Shown here one piece after another: positions 1 through 16,284 of a stretch of 64,000 nucleotides of DNA; position 1 is the first letter of the stretch; the number at the start of each line of letters is the position of its first letter. Both the position numbers and the translations under genes were made by a program. The DNA is from the human T2T-CHM13v2.0 reference genome, Homo sapiens. The stretch is from NCBI RefSeq assembly GCF_009914755.1, contig NC_060937.1. One strand, given 5' to 3'. The notes under the pieces are model-generated. The model was not told the origin of the DNA, made no database searches, and saw only the letters and a list, made by a program, of their open reading frames with translations.

Positions 1-235
1 GAAGAGCAAAAGGATGTCTTACATGGCGGCAGGAAAGAGCGTGTGTGCAGGGGAACTCCCACTTATAAATATATGAGATCCATGAGATCTCATGAGATAT
101 ATTCACTATGAGAACAGTATAGGAGAAACCACTCCCAAGATTCAGTTATCTCCACCTGGCCCTGCCCTTGACACAGGATGGCGGGAATTGTTACAATCAA
201 AGTGAGATTTGGGTGGGGACACCCAAACCATATCA
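1..235 (-). mobile_element. MaLR LTR (THE1D/MSTA-like), cut by window start
   Basis: Ends in GAGATTTGGGTGGGGACAC..AAACCATATCA, the reverse complement of the THE1/MST LTR start. Also contains GGGGAACTCCC and ATTCACTATGAGAACAG motifs. Confidence 0.9.
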
Positions 236-1570
236 CTAATATGAAATAAGTGTTGTTTCACATTATTTTGCCTTATAAACTGATTTATATTAACATAACT
301 GATGTATGTTACTATGAGTTATTTTATGAGCATTAAAGTTTAGTTATGGATTTATCTGAAACTAATATTTATTAATATCTCTATTATTAAGTGAAATATT
401 ACCTGTTAATATTAATTATTTTATTTTTATTAGTCATATATTTAAAATTATATTACAATAAAATATTAAATTTTAATAGTTCATTATATTAATAAAAAAA
501 CTTATTTGAAAGGCCACTAGCCTTGGTTATTTAATGTACCCAACATTTTTGGAGAAAATTACAGTGTTCATATAGTACTTTAAAAAATTTAACATTTTAA
601 GAATAGCGCATTGATTAATGTCCTTGGTATATTTAGCAAATTTGAAAATCAAAGAAAAAGTGTAGAGTAGTACATCATGTTTATAAGTGAAGAATTATTA
701 TGTATGAGTTTTTATTAGGAGACAAGTATTTCTTTTACTATAAATCTAATAATTTCTAAAGTGATATATTCATTTATTCTTGAAATCAATAAAGTTATTG
801 CTGTGTAAAATGGAAAAAACAATCATAGCTTTTGGGAATTTAAAGACGTTCACATAATGTATTGGGATTATTTATTTTATTTTATGGAAATAAACAGCTA
901 ACATTTTCAAAACAAAAGTTACAATATAAAGATTGGAGCACATAACAATGTTAGCTTTAATAAATGTTGTACCAGGACTCTATACATATACTACGACTCT
1001 TTGTTGTCGCCTTAATATGCCAATAGATTGCAAATAATACACATCATTACTCTCTCTACTGACAGACAATATAAAGAAAAAATTTAAAAAGATAACTTTG
1101 AGAATATAAATGCATACTTTTAGAATGGAATTAAAACGTATATGCTAATAAAACAATGGAAACAGATGTCACTGAGAACATTTGCATTCACTACTTGAAA
1201 TACAATCACTATTTCTATTTTTGAATTTCATTATTGAATCCACAAATAACATGCCTTTGAAAACATAGTTTTTATTAAATACTTGAATAATTTTATCTCT
1301 GCAAAGACATCAAAGAATAGTAGTTTCCCCTTTATATAGTAATGTTTTAGATTTCTCATTATAAGTGTTCCTATTTTTCTCTCATGTGGTAATCAATAAA
1401 ATTGCACAAAGATAATGTTCTTAAATCTCAGAAAAACAGAAACAAAAAGCACCGTATTTGTTTGCCAGCCTGGGGAATGAAGCCATTTTTGGAACATTCT
1501 TGGGTTCTTTCTATTTACCACATGTCTTCCCAATTTTAATGTTAAAAACTATATTAAGTACTAGATATGT

Positions 1571-2109
1571 TGTATTAGGTTTATCTAGAGGGACAGAAAA
1601 ACTAATAGGCTAGATTTATATATGAAGGGGAGTTTATTAATTCTCATTATCACAAGGTGAAGTCCCACAATAGGCCGTCTGCAAGCTGAGGAGCAAGTAA
1701 GCCAGACTGAGTCCCAAAACCTCAAACGCAGGGTAACCAACAGTGCAGTCTTCAGTCTTTGGCCAAAGGCCCGAGAACTGCTGGCAAACCACTGGTGTAA
1801 ATCCAAGAGTCAAAAGCTGAAGGACTTGGAGCCTGACTTTTGAGGGCAGGAAGCATGTAGCATAGGAGAGAGATGAAGGCTAGAAGACTCAGCAAGTCTG
1901 CTAATTCCACTTTTCTTCTGCCTGCTGTATTTTAGCTGTGCTGGCAGCTTGATTAGATGGTGCCCACCCAGATTGAGTGTGGTCCCGCCTTTCCCAGTCC
2001 ATTGACACAAATGTTCATTTCCTTTGACCACACCCTCATAGACACACGCAGTAACAATACTTCGCATCCTTCAATCCAATCAAGGTGACACTTGGTATTA
2101 ACCATCACA
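1571..2109 (-). mobile_element. Solo ERVL LTR, MLT2A (MLT2A2-like length)
   Basis: TG..CA termini, and ends CATCCTTCAATCCAATCAAG..ATTAACCATCACA as in MLT2A. Perfect 5-bp TSD TATGT at 1566-1570 and 2110-2114. Confidence 0.93.
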
Positions 2110-3239
2110 TATGTATTGAACAGAATTTTATAAGTTTAATGATTTAAAAGGTGTTTATCTCAAAACCATCATTTCAGTATTGACTTCATAATCTGGATGT
2201 TACCTGAAGCTCTCACTCTTTCGGAAATTCTTTGTTCAGGAGCACTTCCCACTGTCACCCAATGAAACAATAACTCTGTGCCAATATATCCTCTCCTGAT
2301 CTTCATTACAAGACTAGTTCTGCATTTCAAACTACCAAGATTTCTTCCACTTAAAATGTAAGATGCCTAAAATAGCAATTTATCCATTTCTGGCTCTCAA
2401 TTCCCTGTTTTTCCTTAAATCACATTCACTTTGCATTCACAGCCACGTTTTCTCCTTGTTCTTGACTGAGACACAGAATAAGGGTCCTTTCTATTATTTT
2501 TCCCCACATTATTCACTCAAGGTATATGTGTAGCAAGAGATGTACCAAGGAAAGTTTATGTTGTACCAACAAGATACTCTTAAAATATACTAGTTCTGTA
2601 GAAAACCCTGATCTTGGAGTCAAGTAGAAACGCTGCAGCTGGGAGTTTGTCTCTGGCTGTATTTTTCCTCAGACTTCATTTATCTTACCATGTTCTATTT
2701 CCTTCTCCTTGTCCCTCTGTTTTTTCTACCCCTCCCCTTTCCTAGTTCTTGGTCAGCTCCGTGCTTCCATAAACACATTTTACCTGTTTTTGCATGATTG
2801 TGTAGCTAACCTTTATTTCACTCTGTTCTTAAAGGTTTTGTTGCACTCTCACCGTCCTTAATCATCAATTAGGAACTCCACAACTGGGAAAAAGTCTTGG
2901 GCCATATTTTTCTTCAGGTTCTAGTTCTCTGTCATGCTCTCTTTACCATATCTTTGCATCAGTCTACTAAAATGTGGTTTGACATTGCATATAGTTTTGT
3001 ATGTAAAACTGTGTGCAAAGTATTTATATATATTATTTCTATGCTTGTGGGAGTGTGTTTGTGTGTGTGTGTGTGTATAGATCTGACAGTAGCAGGTAAG
3101 TGACCAATATATGCGGGAAATAGCTTGAGCAAAATTTATTCCCATTTATATCCATAAAATATAATCCTTATTTTAATTTTTAACTAAATAAAATAATTAT
3201 AATTACTTTTACAGTGCTATTTTTCCATTTCACATTGGA

Positions 3240-3500
3240 GAATTATAATTCTATATATTTGTGGGGTGCAAAGTGATGCTATTATATATATATGTATATA
3301 TATACATACATACATACACACATACATACACACGCACTCACAAACAAATGTGGGATGATTGAATCAAGCTAATTAACAATTCATCCCCTCAAAAACTTAT
3401 CCTTTATTCCTCCTGTCTAACTGAAACATTGTATCCTTTGACCAACATCTTCCCCTTCCCGCTACTCCCAGCCTGTGGTAACCACCATCATGCTCTCTGT
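3240..3500 (-). mobile_element. Old L1 (L1MA/MB-type) 3' end fragment
   Basis: GAATCAAGCTAATTAACA, CTAACTGAAACATTGTATCCTTTGACCAACATC and GGTAACCACCAT match the L1M 3'UTR antisense. Contains a TA/CA run. Confidence 0.75.
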
Positions 3501-3730
3501 AAAGCTCTGATTTTGAATCAGAATCTTCTAGTGCCATCACAACTCTTCCAAAAACAGTGTTCCATAGTTCTTAACTGGAAGTAAGGAGGAATATGAGTAG
3601 ACAGTTCAGAGGAGAGCTGGGCAAGAAAATAGGAGAAGCTGCTCAGAATCACTACTCCATAGGCAAATAAAAATGAAGAAAATATACAACATAATTGTAT
3701 AGTCTTCAGAATGGCAACAATTAGGAAAGA

Positions 3731-3964
3731 TAATAATTTAACTTGATTTTCTGGCAGCTATTGTAAGGAAGAATACATTTCCATACACATTGGTAGAACT
3801 TAACAAGCACTAGCCTTTTCAGAAATAAATATGCCAACATGTATTAATAATAATTTAACTTGATTTTCTGGCATCTATTGTAAGGAAGAAGACCCTTCCA
3901 TATACATTGGTAGAACTTAACAAGCTGTAACCTTTTCAGAAAGAAATATGCTAATATGTATTAA
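3731..3964. repeat. Tandem duplication, 2 x 117 bp
   Basis: 3731-3847 and 3848-3964 align without gaps, with 11 mismatches by manual count (~91% identity). Confidence 0.95.
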
Positions 3965-4746
3965 ATATTTAATAATATTAATTTATTATTGTAATTGTGT
4001 TGTATTAATGACCTTATATATTACGTATGTTATATGTGATACATATGCATGTATATTTGTATATAATCTCCTGTGGTCCAAAAATCCCATGTCAGGATCC
4101 TACCCAAGAGAGAAAAGAATCCTGATGTGCAGGAATCCATGTAGATGGAGGTTTACTGAAGTACTATTTACAGCATCTAAAAACTGCCGTCTCCCTTTCC
4201 CAATATCGAGCATGAGATTCCAGTAATAGAAATTCTCGAGATTATCTTCTCTAACTCTCTTTTTAAAGCTTAAGAAATGAAGTTGAGATGTTGAGATATT
4301 AAAGTCACACAGCTGGTAATTTGCTCAGTCATCTGGAATAGAAATCCATTGACGCACAGTTTCATTTTTACTGACAAGGAATTCATGTACTGACATAAAA
4401 ATTCTCTTTTCAAAATTAATCTCCAAAGGTCGATGAGACATGTACACTAAGGAGTCTTCTCAGCATGATTCCTAAAGGAGAGGGAAAGATACGTAGTGGG
4501 GAGTGGTGCTTTCTCGATGTGAGAAAAACTATTTTCCATGTTGCTCTATTAATAAGCACAGAAACCAGCTTTCAGAAGATGACAGGATAAGAACTTTTGA
4601 CAATAAGCATTATCTTATAAAATAATATGATCTTAATTAGGAACAGGATAGCATAGAAAAACATAAAATGAATACATTTATAAATCATTATAAACCTTAT
4701 TGACCAGGGATAACTTCAAATAAAATTAGTTTAAAAATACTGTTAA

Positions 4747-5095
<349 letters not shown>

Positions 5096-7541
5096 GATTG
5101 TTTTATTCTTAAAAATGGGCCTATGTGGTCTCCACCATGGTTTTCAGTAAATTGTAAACATTTTTGCATGCCATTAAATGTTTTCAAAACATTTTGTATT
5201 AACAGTTACATAGTAGCTATTTAAATAGCTGAAGCTTATTCATTAAATAATTTATCCATATTTGAAATTTAGCTTTCCAATTGAAGCAATTCCAAGGAAT
5301 ACAGGGCCTATATTCAAAATTTCCTCAGTGTATATCAATCAAAATAGACTTTAAGATGAGAAATTTTGTTGCTTGTCTTTGTTCAGATTTTGTTAGTTTA
5401 ACTTCTGCTTATCAAATTATCTAGGCTTTATGTGTAAATTTATTTTTCCAACAACTTTATAAGTATATGTTTATCTTTCAGATACACAAACCTTGCTTAT
5501 CCCTGTGTAAAAATGTTCAGCAATTTAATAAACTATGATACATCATTATTTTATTTTTGTATGTGTTGAGTTTGAACATTTTAAAATTGGTTACCTGATT
5601 TTTATTTCTTGCAATTTGGATTTTAGTAACTATATGAGCCTTTTACAATATTATTCCCTTCTTATCTTAAAGTCTAGCATACGTGTTTTCTCTTCTTGAC
5701 ACTGGAAAACATAGTTTCCCTAGTATGTAATTATCAACCTATTGTCTCTATTTTTTAATGAATTACTTCGTTTTTGTAATCTTTTATTTCAATTGCTTAC
5801 ATTCGTTTTATCATTGATTTTCTATGTTTGACTGGCTTTAGAAGGCTAACTAATGAATATTTACATTGACAATTTTTAGTTAACACCATTTTACCTTGTG
5901 GTTTGCTCATGAATTTAGCTTTGGCCACATTCCACAAATTTCTTTATAGATTATGTTTAAAACTTACTTACATGTTAATTTCCTGCTTAAAATAAGTGAT
6001 AAACAATATAAAGCATTTTCCATAAAATAGTACATGTTATGCTGTATTTTTGTTAAACTTCGCCTGTTATATACATATCCATCCTTTTACACTACATTTA
6101 TTATTGTTATAATATTTTCTGATTAAGTGACAAGACTGTCAATAGTATCAGGCAGTATTCAGTGCTGGAAAAAGAAACCCTTCTAATAATTTTAGATGAG
6201 AAGGGAATTAGTAGCCATGATTAGGTGCTCACAAGATGACTAGGACCCCTGGATTAGGGAGCCATGCTGATCCCTACGGACTAGGTGAACGCTTTGATCG
6301 TGATTATTAATGTATGAATCTGACTCAGAATGCCTCAAATCAAGAAGCCTTAAATCACAATCAAGGATGAGTTATGAATAAATGGACTTCCTAGGATGCT
6401 AGAAAACTGAAGTCAGAGTTACTGGTGCAGTGAGATTTGCCTCCTCTTTCTCCCAATATGCTGTGGGGTTGCTGGGGACAGTGGTGTCCATGTTATTACT
6501 CAGTTTGTTTTGATGGTAAGAATATTTTGCATTTTTCAAAATGTGTTATATTAAGACTAAGACTGTTTGATTCCTTCCTGAGTATTGATGTGAATCTTAA
6601 TATATGGTGGGTGTGGCATCTTCTGTATTTATCGATGCACTACCGTGAAGAGAAAGGAACACCAACAGTGGCATGTTTCCCCAATGACCTGTGAGCTGAA
6701 GAAAGCTCTGTTTATTTGCTTATATCAGCTCCTACATTCTTTTTTGTCAATCTTGCACCTAACAATTTATGTGTCTTTCTCTAGGCAATTTATTAAGAAA
6801 TTTTAAAATTGTGTGTGTGTGTGTGTTCTCTTTACACTAACCAAGGAATAGAACCAGTTTTTATTTCCCCTTTAAAATCTTTCCAAGAAATTACAATACT
6901 GAATCCAGTAGGATTCATATCCAAAATATCATCTCATTAGTAATTGAGACGTGCAGGAATTTAAAACAAGAAATATAATTATTTATGATATAGATGAGAG
7001 AGAGAGATGTGAGCAGGCATGTTAAAGAATGACTAGAATTGTTATCAAACGATAGTGATAATTTTTGAAAAACAATTTGTTGAACAGTTTGAAAATAAAA
7101 TTCAAGAACATATAAAGGTTAACATATTTTGATCTCTAAACCCTACCTCTGCAGATTCATCATAATTAATGCTTTTACATACTGTATGCAAAAAGGATCA
7201 TTTAAATGTTCATTCACTATATCACAAAATTATAATATGACAAAATATTTTGAACATAGAATAAGTAATATTCTCAAAATATATATCATGTAGAAGTCCT
7301 GCCATCAAAATAGAGTAGCATGTTGAAATTTTAATATTTTAAAATTAAATAAAAATTCAGAATAATTTGTGTACATGATAGCAACAAGAAGAGAAAAAGA
7401 GAGAGAGAAAAAACATGAAATAAACGTAAAGTTACAAATGTCTAGAGAGTAAACAAAGTTGTGCCTGAATAGTAGAATTGTGGATTATATTTTTTATGTT
7501 TTCAACTTTTTAGAAAGGTTTATAAATTAATAGAACATTCA

Positions 7542-7896
<355 letters not shown>

Positions 7897-8090
7897 TTAG
7901 ACATCAAATTTAAAACCAGCTCCGGTACTTCATTAACTCAAGTGAAAGCTTCAAAGTAAGTAAGCTCTGAACAAGAATTTCTAAGGAAGAAAAACCTGAA
8001 TATTACATTTAAATTAATACTTTTTGGTCAAAGTAGATGGACATTATTCCTACCTCAAATTTCTATCTTGAGTTTTAGTTTAAATTTGTA

Positions 8091-8094
<4 letters not shown>

Positions 8095-8141
<47 letters not shown>

Positions 8142-8150
8142 GCACACACA
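8095..8150. repeat. Compound (CT)n(CA)n microsatellite
   Basis: Directly visible. Confidence 0.95.
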
Positions 8151-11100
8151 TGCACCCCTCTGTTTTTCCCCCATATAATCCCATGAAAACTTTTCACCTC
8201 TCTTTTCATTCTGCTTCCCTATTTGGCTCATAATGAGTCTGGGATCTGGCCTTCCTCTTCTGAGATATTTCTAGCTAGTTTGCATATATCAACTTTTATT
8301 CTCAAAGTGAACTTCTCTGCAGAACTTATGAGCGCAAGATGCCACAGAATGTTCTTGAGATATAAACCACTAGTATCTGCAGGCACCTGTGCCATTGACT
8401 TTTGCCTGGTTTCATAATAATGTGATAAATAATTTTTGAGAAGTGTTGAGTACGTGCACACAACAGAGTGGAAAAATATGGGATCGGTGGACTATGATGG
8501 AGACCACTGATGAGGCAGTATTTTGCCTGTCCAAGGTTGGTTTAATAAAAGAAAAATTGCTAGATTATATAATCACACATTTTTGTAAAAGAATAGGAAA
8601 TAACATGTGGAAAACAAAAAACAGTATTCAAGTTTTGTCATATGTATATTTTTAAAAATGCAATAGGGAAGAGGTAAAATTAGATCGAAATATGACAAAC
8701 ATCTTATTGACATTAATTAAAATATACTAGTAATATGCTCACAAATAATTATTTATGCCTAACATGAATGATTAATGGGTTATAGAATGTCTGAATTTAT
8801 AATACATAATGAAAATAATGAGCTATAATACAATAAGCTGTTTTTGTATCTACAGTTACATATGGTTAAATTATATTCAGAGAAAATATTATAACAAAAA
8901 TCAAAAGAATATGGTCATGACAAAAATATATTAAATTATTGTGCTAAAATTCAAGAAAGAATAAGACAAAGATTCTTAATTTAAAGAATTTTCAATCAAT
9001 GGTATTGGTAGTGTAGAAGGAACAGGAGACAGAGGAATAAAACTAGAATTACCAGGACCAGTAGATTAAAATGATATAGATATGCTGAAATAATATGGAA
9101 AGAGGGATTTAAACCATCTTGTGACTTAAGGAAAACACAGGAATTTTTGTAAACCAAATTTATAGCCTAGCGCCTATAGACACCCACTTTTCCACGAGTT
9201 ATGGTAATTTGTTTTCATGGAACTGTGCAAGGCAAAGACACAATTCTGATTTGCACCAGTTTCAGTTAATATAATACTATTCAAAGTGAGGACTGCCAGC
9301 ATTTAATGATAGTTCTATGTTATAATTAAATAAAATTATTTTATACTTAACTTCCCTATGGTTTGTTAGAATATGTGTGTTTATAAGTGTGTGTCTATAT
9401 GTATATATACATATAAATATATATGTGTGTGTGTATATATATAGTGGATGCATGTGTTTACTTTTATGAACTCAAAGACTACATTGCCCAGAAATAACTC
9501 TCTGGAAATTACTTTCTTAAGGAAATTATCATTATGCTCTATAGCTTGCTATTATTCTGAAGAGCAATATTAAGCAGAAAATTGTCCTAACCATTTCATG
9601 GATATTATGAATAATTGGAATCTAACCAACAATAATAGCAATTTTCATAGAAATTTTGTGTAATAGACTGGTAAGAACCAAGTTGACCCACTTTCAGTTA
9701 ATGTCATGTGTGGCAATGCCTTCCAGTGTTCTGTATCAGCGAATTTTAATAAGGCTAAATGTGATGATGCACCACAATATTCAACTAACTGATAGGGCGT
9801 TTTCAACACAGCCTAGCTTAATATCATTTAGCCCAGAAGCGCATAATCCACAAGAGCTGTGTCAGAGAAGTTTCTAGTCCAGCATGTTCCCAGCAGATGG
9901 TATTCATCTGCCATATGCTGCAATGCCTAGATAGGCACAATGATACAATGCCTGCTATTTCATTCAATAGTGAATTTGACTACGTGAATTAATACATACC
10001 AGGGGTAAATGATAGAAGTCAAGGGAGGTAATGGATATGGGAAATATTTAATATAAGCAATTGACAGATAATTCTGTTAGTATTTTTTTATATTCTGTTT
10101 GGCTCTATTTAGGACAAACAAAGTTTAAAATACAAATGGAGGCTAGTGTATAATACTTTGTAATCTGTTAAAGTCTACATTACATAAGTCTTTTAAATAC
10201 AGTACAACTCAAATTCTCAATGCATAAAGACATTATAGATTACAGATATCCTAAAAATTATATAATACTTTCAACCCTACAAAATTCCCAAAATTTCTTG
10301 CCCAAAGCCTGCCAATCTCTAGGATGGCCACTTTTTCCCCTAAAGAAATTAACACTGTGTTTTCACTATTTTTTTCTAATGTAAGTGCAACTAGTGTAGT
10401 GTGTATTTTTTCTATCATAATATACTGGCTATTGCAAGGAAGTGATAATTTTCCAGTGGGGGACAATCAATCATACAATCAAATTTCTATAATATAATAA
10501 AATAATTTCATTATAAAATATTTTATTATGCAAAACAGTGAATTAGTAAAACACATACCTGGTTTTATGTCTCACAATCTCATACATGCCTGGTGTAATT
10601 CTGTTGTTATTTAGTCTCAAAAAAGAGACTATTCATACCAAATAATAAAATGTATTCTCTATTGAGATGATGGGTTTGTATCCTTCAAGCAACACTCTTT
10701 CAAAAGTCCCCTTTTTAGCCATTGATATGTCTTTGCATGTAAGCTAATCTTAGGCAATAAATATTCTCACGGGCCAATTATTAAGGAAAGATGTATCCAA
10801 TTATGATCAATTGCCATTATAATGTACTTTACCAATACAGGACTTATGAGATATTGATACTACTTCGTAATAAGGAAGTATGCTCTTTCATATAGGTGGA
10901 TAACTATGTTGGTCATTTTATCATTTTGTGAAACCATATTTTCAGCAACCTTCAGCTCATAGCTCATGCTTTCATTTTTTTAATTCATCTTTTGTTAAAG
11001 AAATACAAATACATGACTCACATGTAAATTAGAAACAAAATCAGTACACAGCTTATATACATTTTTTATCATAAAATGTTTTTCAGCAATAGAAAGTTTC

Positions 11101-11384
11101 TCAAAGTGAACATGATACTCTTGCAACAATGATAGCTAATTATAAGCAGTGAAACAGTAATATCAAATATTCAAGGGAGAATTCTCGCAGCTGCCAAGTT
11201 AATCTCCTCTAACCCAAAGTTCTGTTCATGTTCTTACTCAATAACCATCATTTGTTTCCCTGTAGCTTACCAAATTAATTAAAATTGATGCACTTTAGTA
11301 TTCAAGGCAGGATACAATATGTCCTCAATCTGGCATTACGTGTTCTCTATCATAGTTCCTTAATTGTAACATACATTTCAGGTA

Positions 11385-11478
11385 AAGTGGGACATTATCA
11401 ATTATAGTCCATAACCATTCTGGACTTCCCTAAGTGGGGTGGTATCAACTATAGTCCATAAACATTCTGGACTTCCCT
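11385..11478. repeat. Tandem duplication, 2 x 47 bp
   Basis: AAGTGGG....TATCAAyTATAGTCCATAAmCATTCTGGACTTCCCT at 11385-11431 and 11432-11478. Confidence 0.92.
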
Positions 11479-14400
11479 CAATTTGAGTCTATATTTATGT
11501 TTATGCTGCTCTCTCTTTCAATTGAAACTATCTCTTGCCTTCAATTACTACTAACAGAAATCCTTCTAAGAATATCCAAAATGCTCCCACCTTCAGAATG
11601 TTTTTGGATTATCCTAACCCTGCAGTGTCACTTCCTCTCAAGAAAATATTTGGTTGTCTCTATCCTGTGACATGTAAAGGCTTTAATTTTAAATATATTT
11701 ACTTGTATAATTTTGTTCTCAGATAATATTCTAAGATCTGTTGCCTAGTTCACTTACACTTTAGAAATCTATTAGAATTTTTAAGTACAGCTTTCTGATC
11801 TTTCTTGTCTCTGTGTGGTCAATCTACTTGACTCTACTTGACTAGCTTTTTATACGTATTAATGGGATTAATCTCTCTCAGGATTGAAGATATACATTGA
11901 AGTCTGCTTTTATCAGCTGGAAATATTCCTCCTTTTCTTAGGTTTTACATTTAATGTCTCCCATGTAGATCTCCTATGTAGTCATGTATTTTTTTCCTTG
12001 ATTTACAACTCAAATGATACTGATGTATCATCGTTTAATAGTTCAATGGCTTGATTCAGTCACAAGAATCACACTCATTAGGTGTATATATCAACCTGGA
12101 GTAGATGAATGCTTTATTATCCTTTGGTGGATGTGTTAATTTTAACTGCTGAACATTTTCTTCAAAGAACTTATCCTTTCTTGCTGGTCAATTTTCCCAT
12201 TCTCTATCCTTTAGGACTTTACTTCCTTCTGTACAACTAATAGATCTCAGTATCTATAGTACCTGGGGCTTCACCAAACATGACAACAGATTTCAATTGT
12301 GAGGGGTCATTTATTTATCAGCTGCTTCAGTGGGAACATCTACTTAAAAGAGGTATAACTTCAGAAGGTGGTGCAAGCTTATATTTAGCTGGCGTTCTAT
12401 AGGAATTGTTCGTGTTCTATTTTGTCTTAGAATCTGTGTCACTGTAGAGCAACTCCAGCTTTTTCTTATTTTTGTGAGTGAAAAAATTGAATGATGTCAC
12501 AAAGTTCCATGCAGGAATTACTATAACCTTTCTGCAACTGCAACTGAAATGATTTTCACTAGCCTGTTTCCCTGCCCCACTTAGGTGGCTTTTCATTGAT
12601 ATTTGGGATTTGCTAATGATCACCTACCCTGAGATAATCTTGTCTGATGATGTCATCTAGAGAACTAGCTCATACATTTTTTTTTTACAAATCATGGTAA
12701 TATGTATCACTTTATTCATAGGAATTATCACATACTGAAATTAGTTTATTCATGTATTTATTCATATGTAGATATCAAAAGATTATAATTTGAATAAATG
12801 AAAAACCTCTCTATCATGCTATCATTGTACATGGTATTTTATAAGGAGTTATTGATTCTCTCTAGACAGAAGAAATGTTGTGTAAATCTTCAGAGAGATG
12901 GTAGATTTTGAAATTGGTCACAAAATACATTTGGTCATTTTCATGTAGAAAACAATTAAATATTTCAGATATTATTTGCCTCAGAAGAGGTTTTATATGT
13001 AAAGAGTGTGATACAAAGTTGTTTCAATGATTCATACGTGTGTGTGGACAACTTCTCAAGAAAATTTGCAAAAATTAAATCAATTGTTGGTTCCTCAGTT
13101 CTACAGTAATATAATGGCTCAATATCACGAACAATTTTTTTAAATGTCAACTCTGTCTAGTTATTTTTGCAAATTTTGTTTCATGTGTCATTTAATTTAT
13201 ATAATATATCATATTAAGACAATAGAGAAGATAGAGATTTTCAATTAAAAACTAAATTTCCAAACTCATTGTTCTTATATTAAGAAGCAATAACTTTCAC
13301 ATCATTTTATGTCTATGCCTGTTCTTGTTAGTTTGGCTCTTTATCTCAATCTTTGTCAGCCACTAGAAGTCTATGCCACATTTTTTTTCCCCCACATTTG
13401 AGATTACTTCAGGCAAATAGCTGCTCTAAATAAATAATCTGTTGCTTTCTTTCTCTCCTTTTCCATTTTTCCAACCTCAGTGCAGTTTCTTTCAGGTCTA
13501 AGATGACAGGTCAATATCATTTCTAAATCTAAGGTCGTTCATTCTCTTCCACACAGAGGGCCTCTCTTATTTTGTCTGTAGCCACTACATTTCTCAATAT
13601 TAAGTTGAACAAACAGGGAGATAATGCTCATGCCTGTATTACCTTTATTCTGAACTCTTCCCTTAGTTACTTGTGGAGTCATATCACAGTCTTTGACTTA
13701 TTGTCAATGATTTCCCCCACAGTGGTCAAATTTTTAAAAATTATTTTGCTCAGTATCAATCTTGGAAAATATATTTTAAATTGAAGTGTTTTTTAAGGTA
13801 ACATATGGTACTGCATGTGTTGAATTATAGTTATTTTCTGCAAGACACACGCGCATGAGCACACGCGCATGCACACACACACACACACGCACATACTGAT
13901 TTTAGTTTTGTTAATCTATATTCCATGAATAGAAGCAAATGGGAATGCAAGAAATTAGAGCACCAGAGAACATAAATTTTATTCCTCCAAAAGTATCATA
14001 TTTAATACTCGAATTTTTGTTTCATAACCTTATATTTTAAATGTAAGAACTTTTTAAAGAGCAAAAAACTTGAGGAGAGAAGGAAAATAGGAAATGCAAC
14101 AGGAAAAAAAAATAGCTGATCTCATGTGGTATTCAACTTATGTTGAGTTCAACCTGAAAATGGTTTAGATATTAGACAAACTATTATTTTGTTTATTAAT
14201 GGCTCTGGTCATTCTTGTTATCCTTTCCAATGGTTTCTCTTCAACTATTTTTAAAACCATTTTTATCCCTAATTTTTCAGTTCTCTCTTATAGTTAAATA
14301 TAGTTTGGAACTCATTTTTAAAACTAGTAATAGCCAGTAGAAAGGTATAGAGTTTGAGAGAAATTGTGAAATAATGAAATTATACTTTTTCAATTTATGT

Positions 14401-14529
14401 TGAATTTAAAAGTATAAGTAAACAAATCAGCAACTTTTTGCTCCGCACAATCCTATATTTGTCATTAAAATAATATATGGGCCCAGTAAACATCAGTAAC
14501 ATTTCAGAGCACATAAACTCACATAACTG

Positions 14530-15939
<1,410 letters not shown>

Positions 15940-15949
15940 GTGTATGTAA

Positions 15950-16284
<335 letters not shown>

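Noticed and set aside
3731-3964. Direct repeats as a CRISPR-like array (also 11385 and 37068)
   Set aside because: Two adjacent copies with no spacers, eukaryotic context and no cas genes.
9764-9795. C/D-box-like words (GTGATGA..CTGA)
   Set aside because: Spacing is too short and there is no terminal stem, so a snoRNA is not supported.
9893-9911. Hairpin GCAGATG-gtatt-CATCTGC
   Set aside because: A 7-bp stem is expected by chance in 64 kb and has no supporting context.
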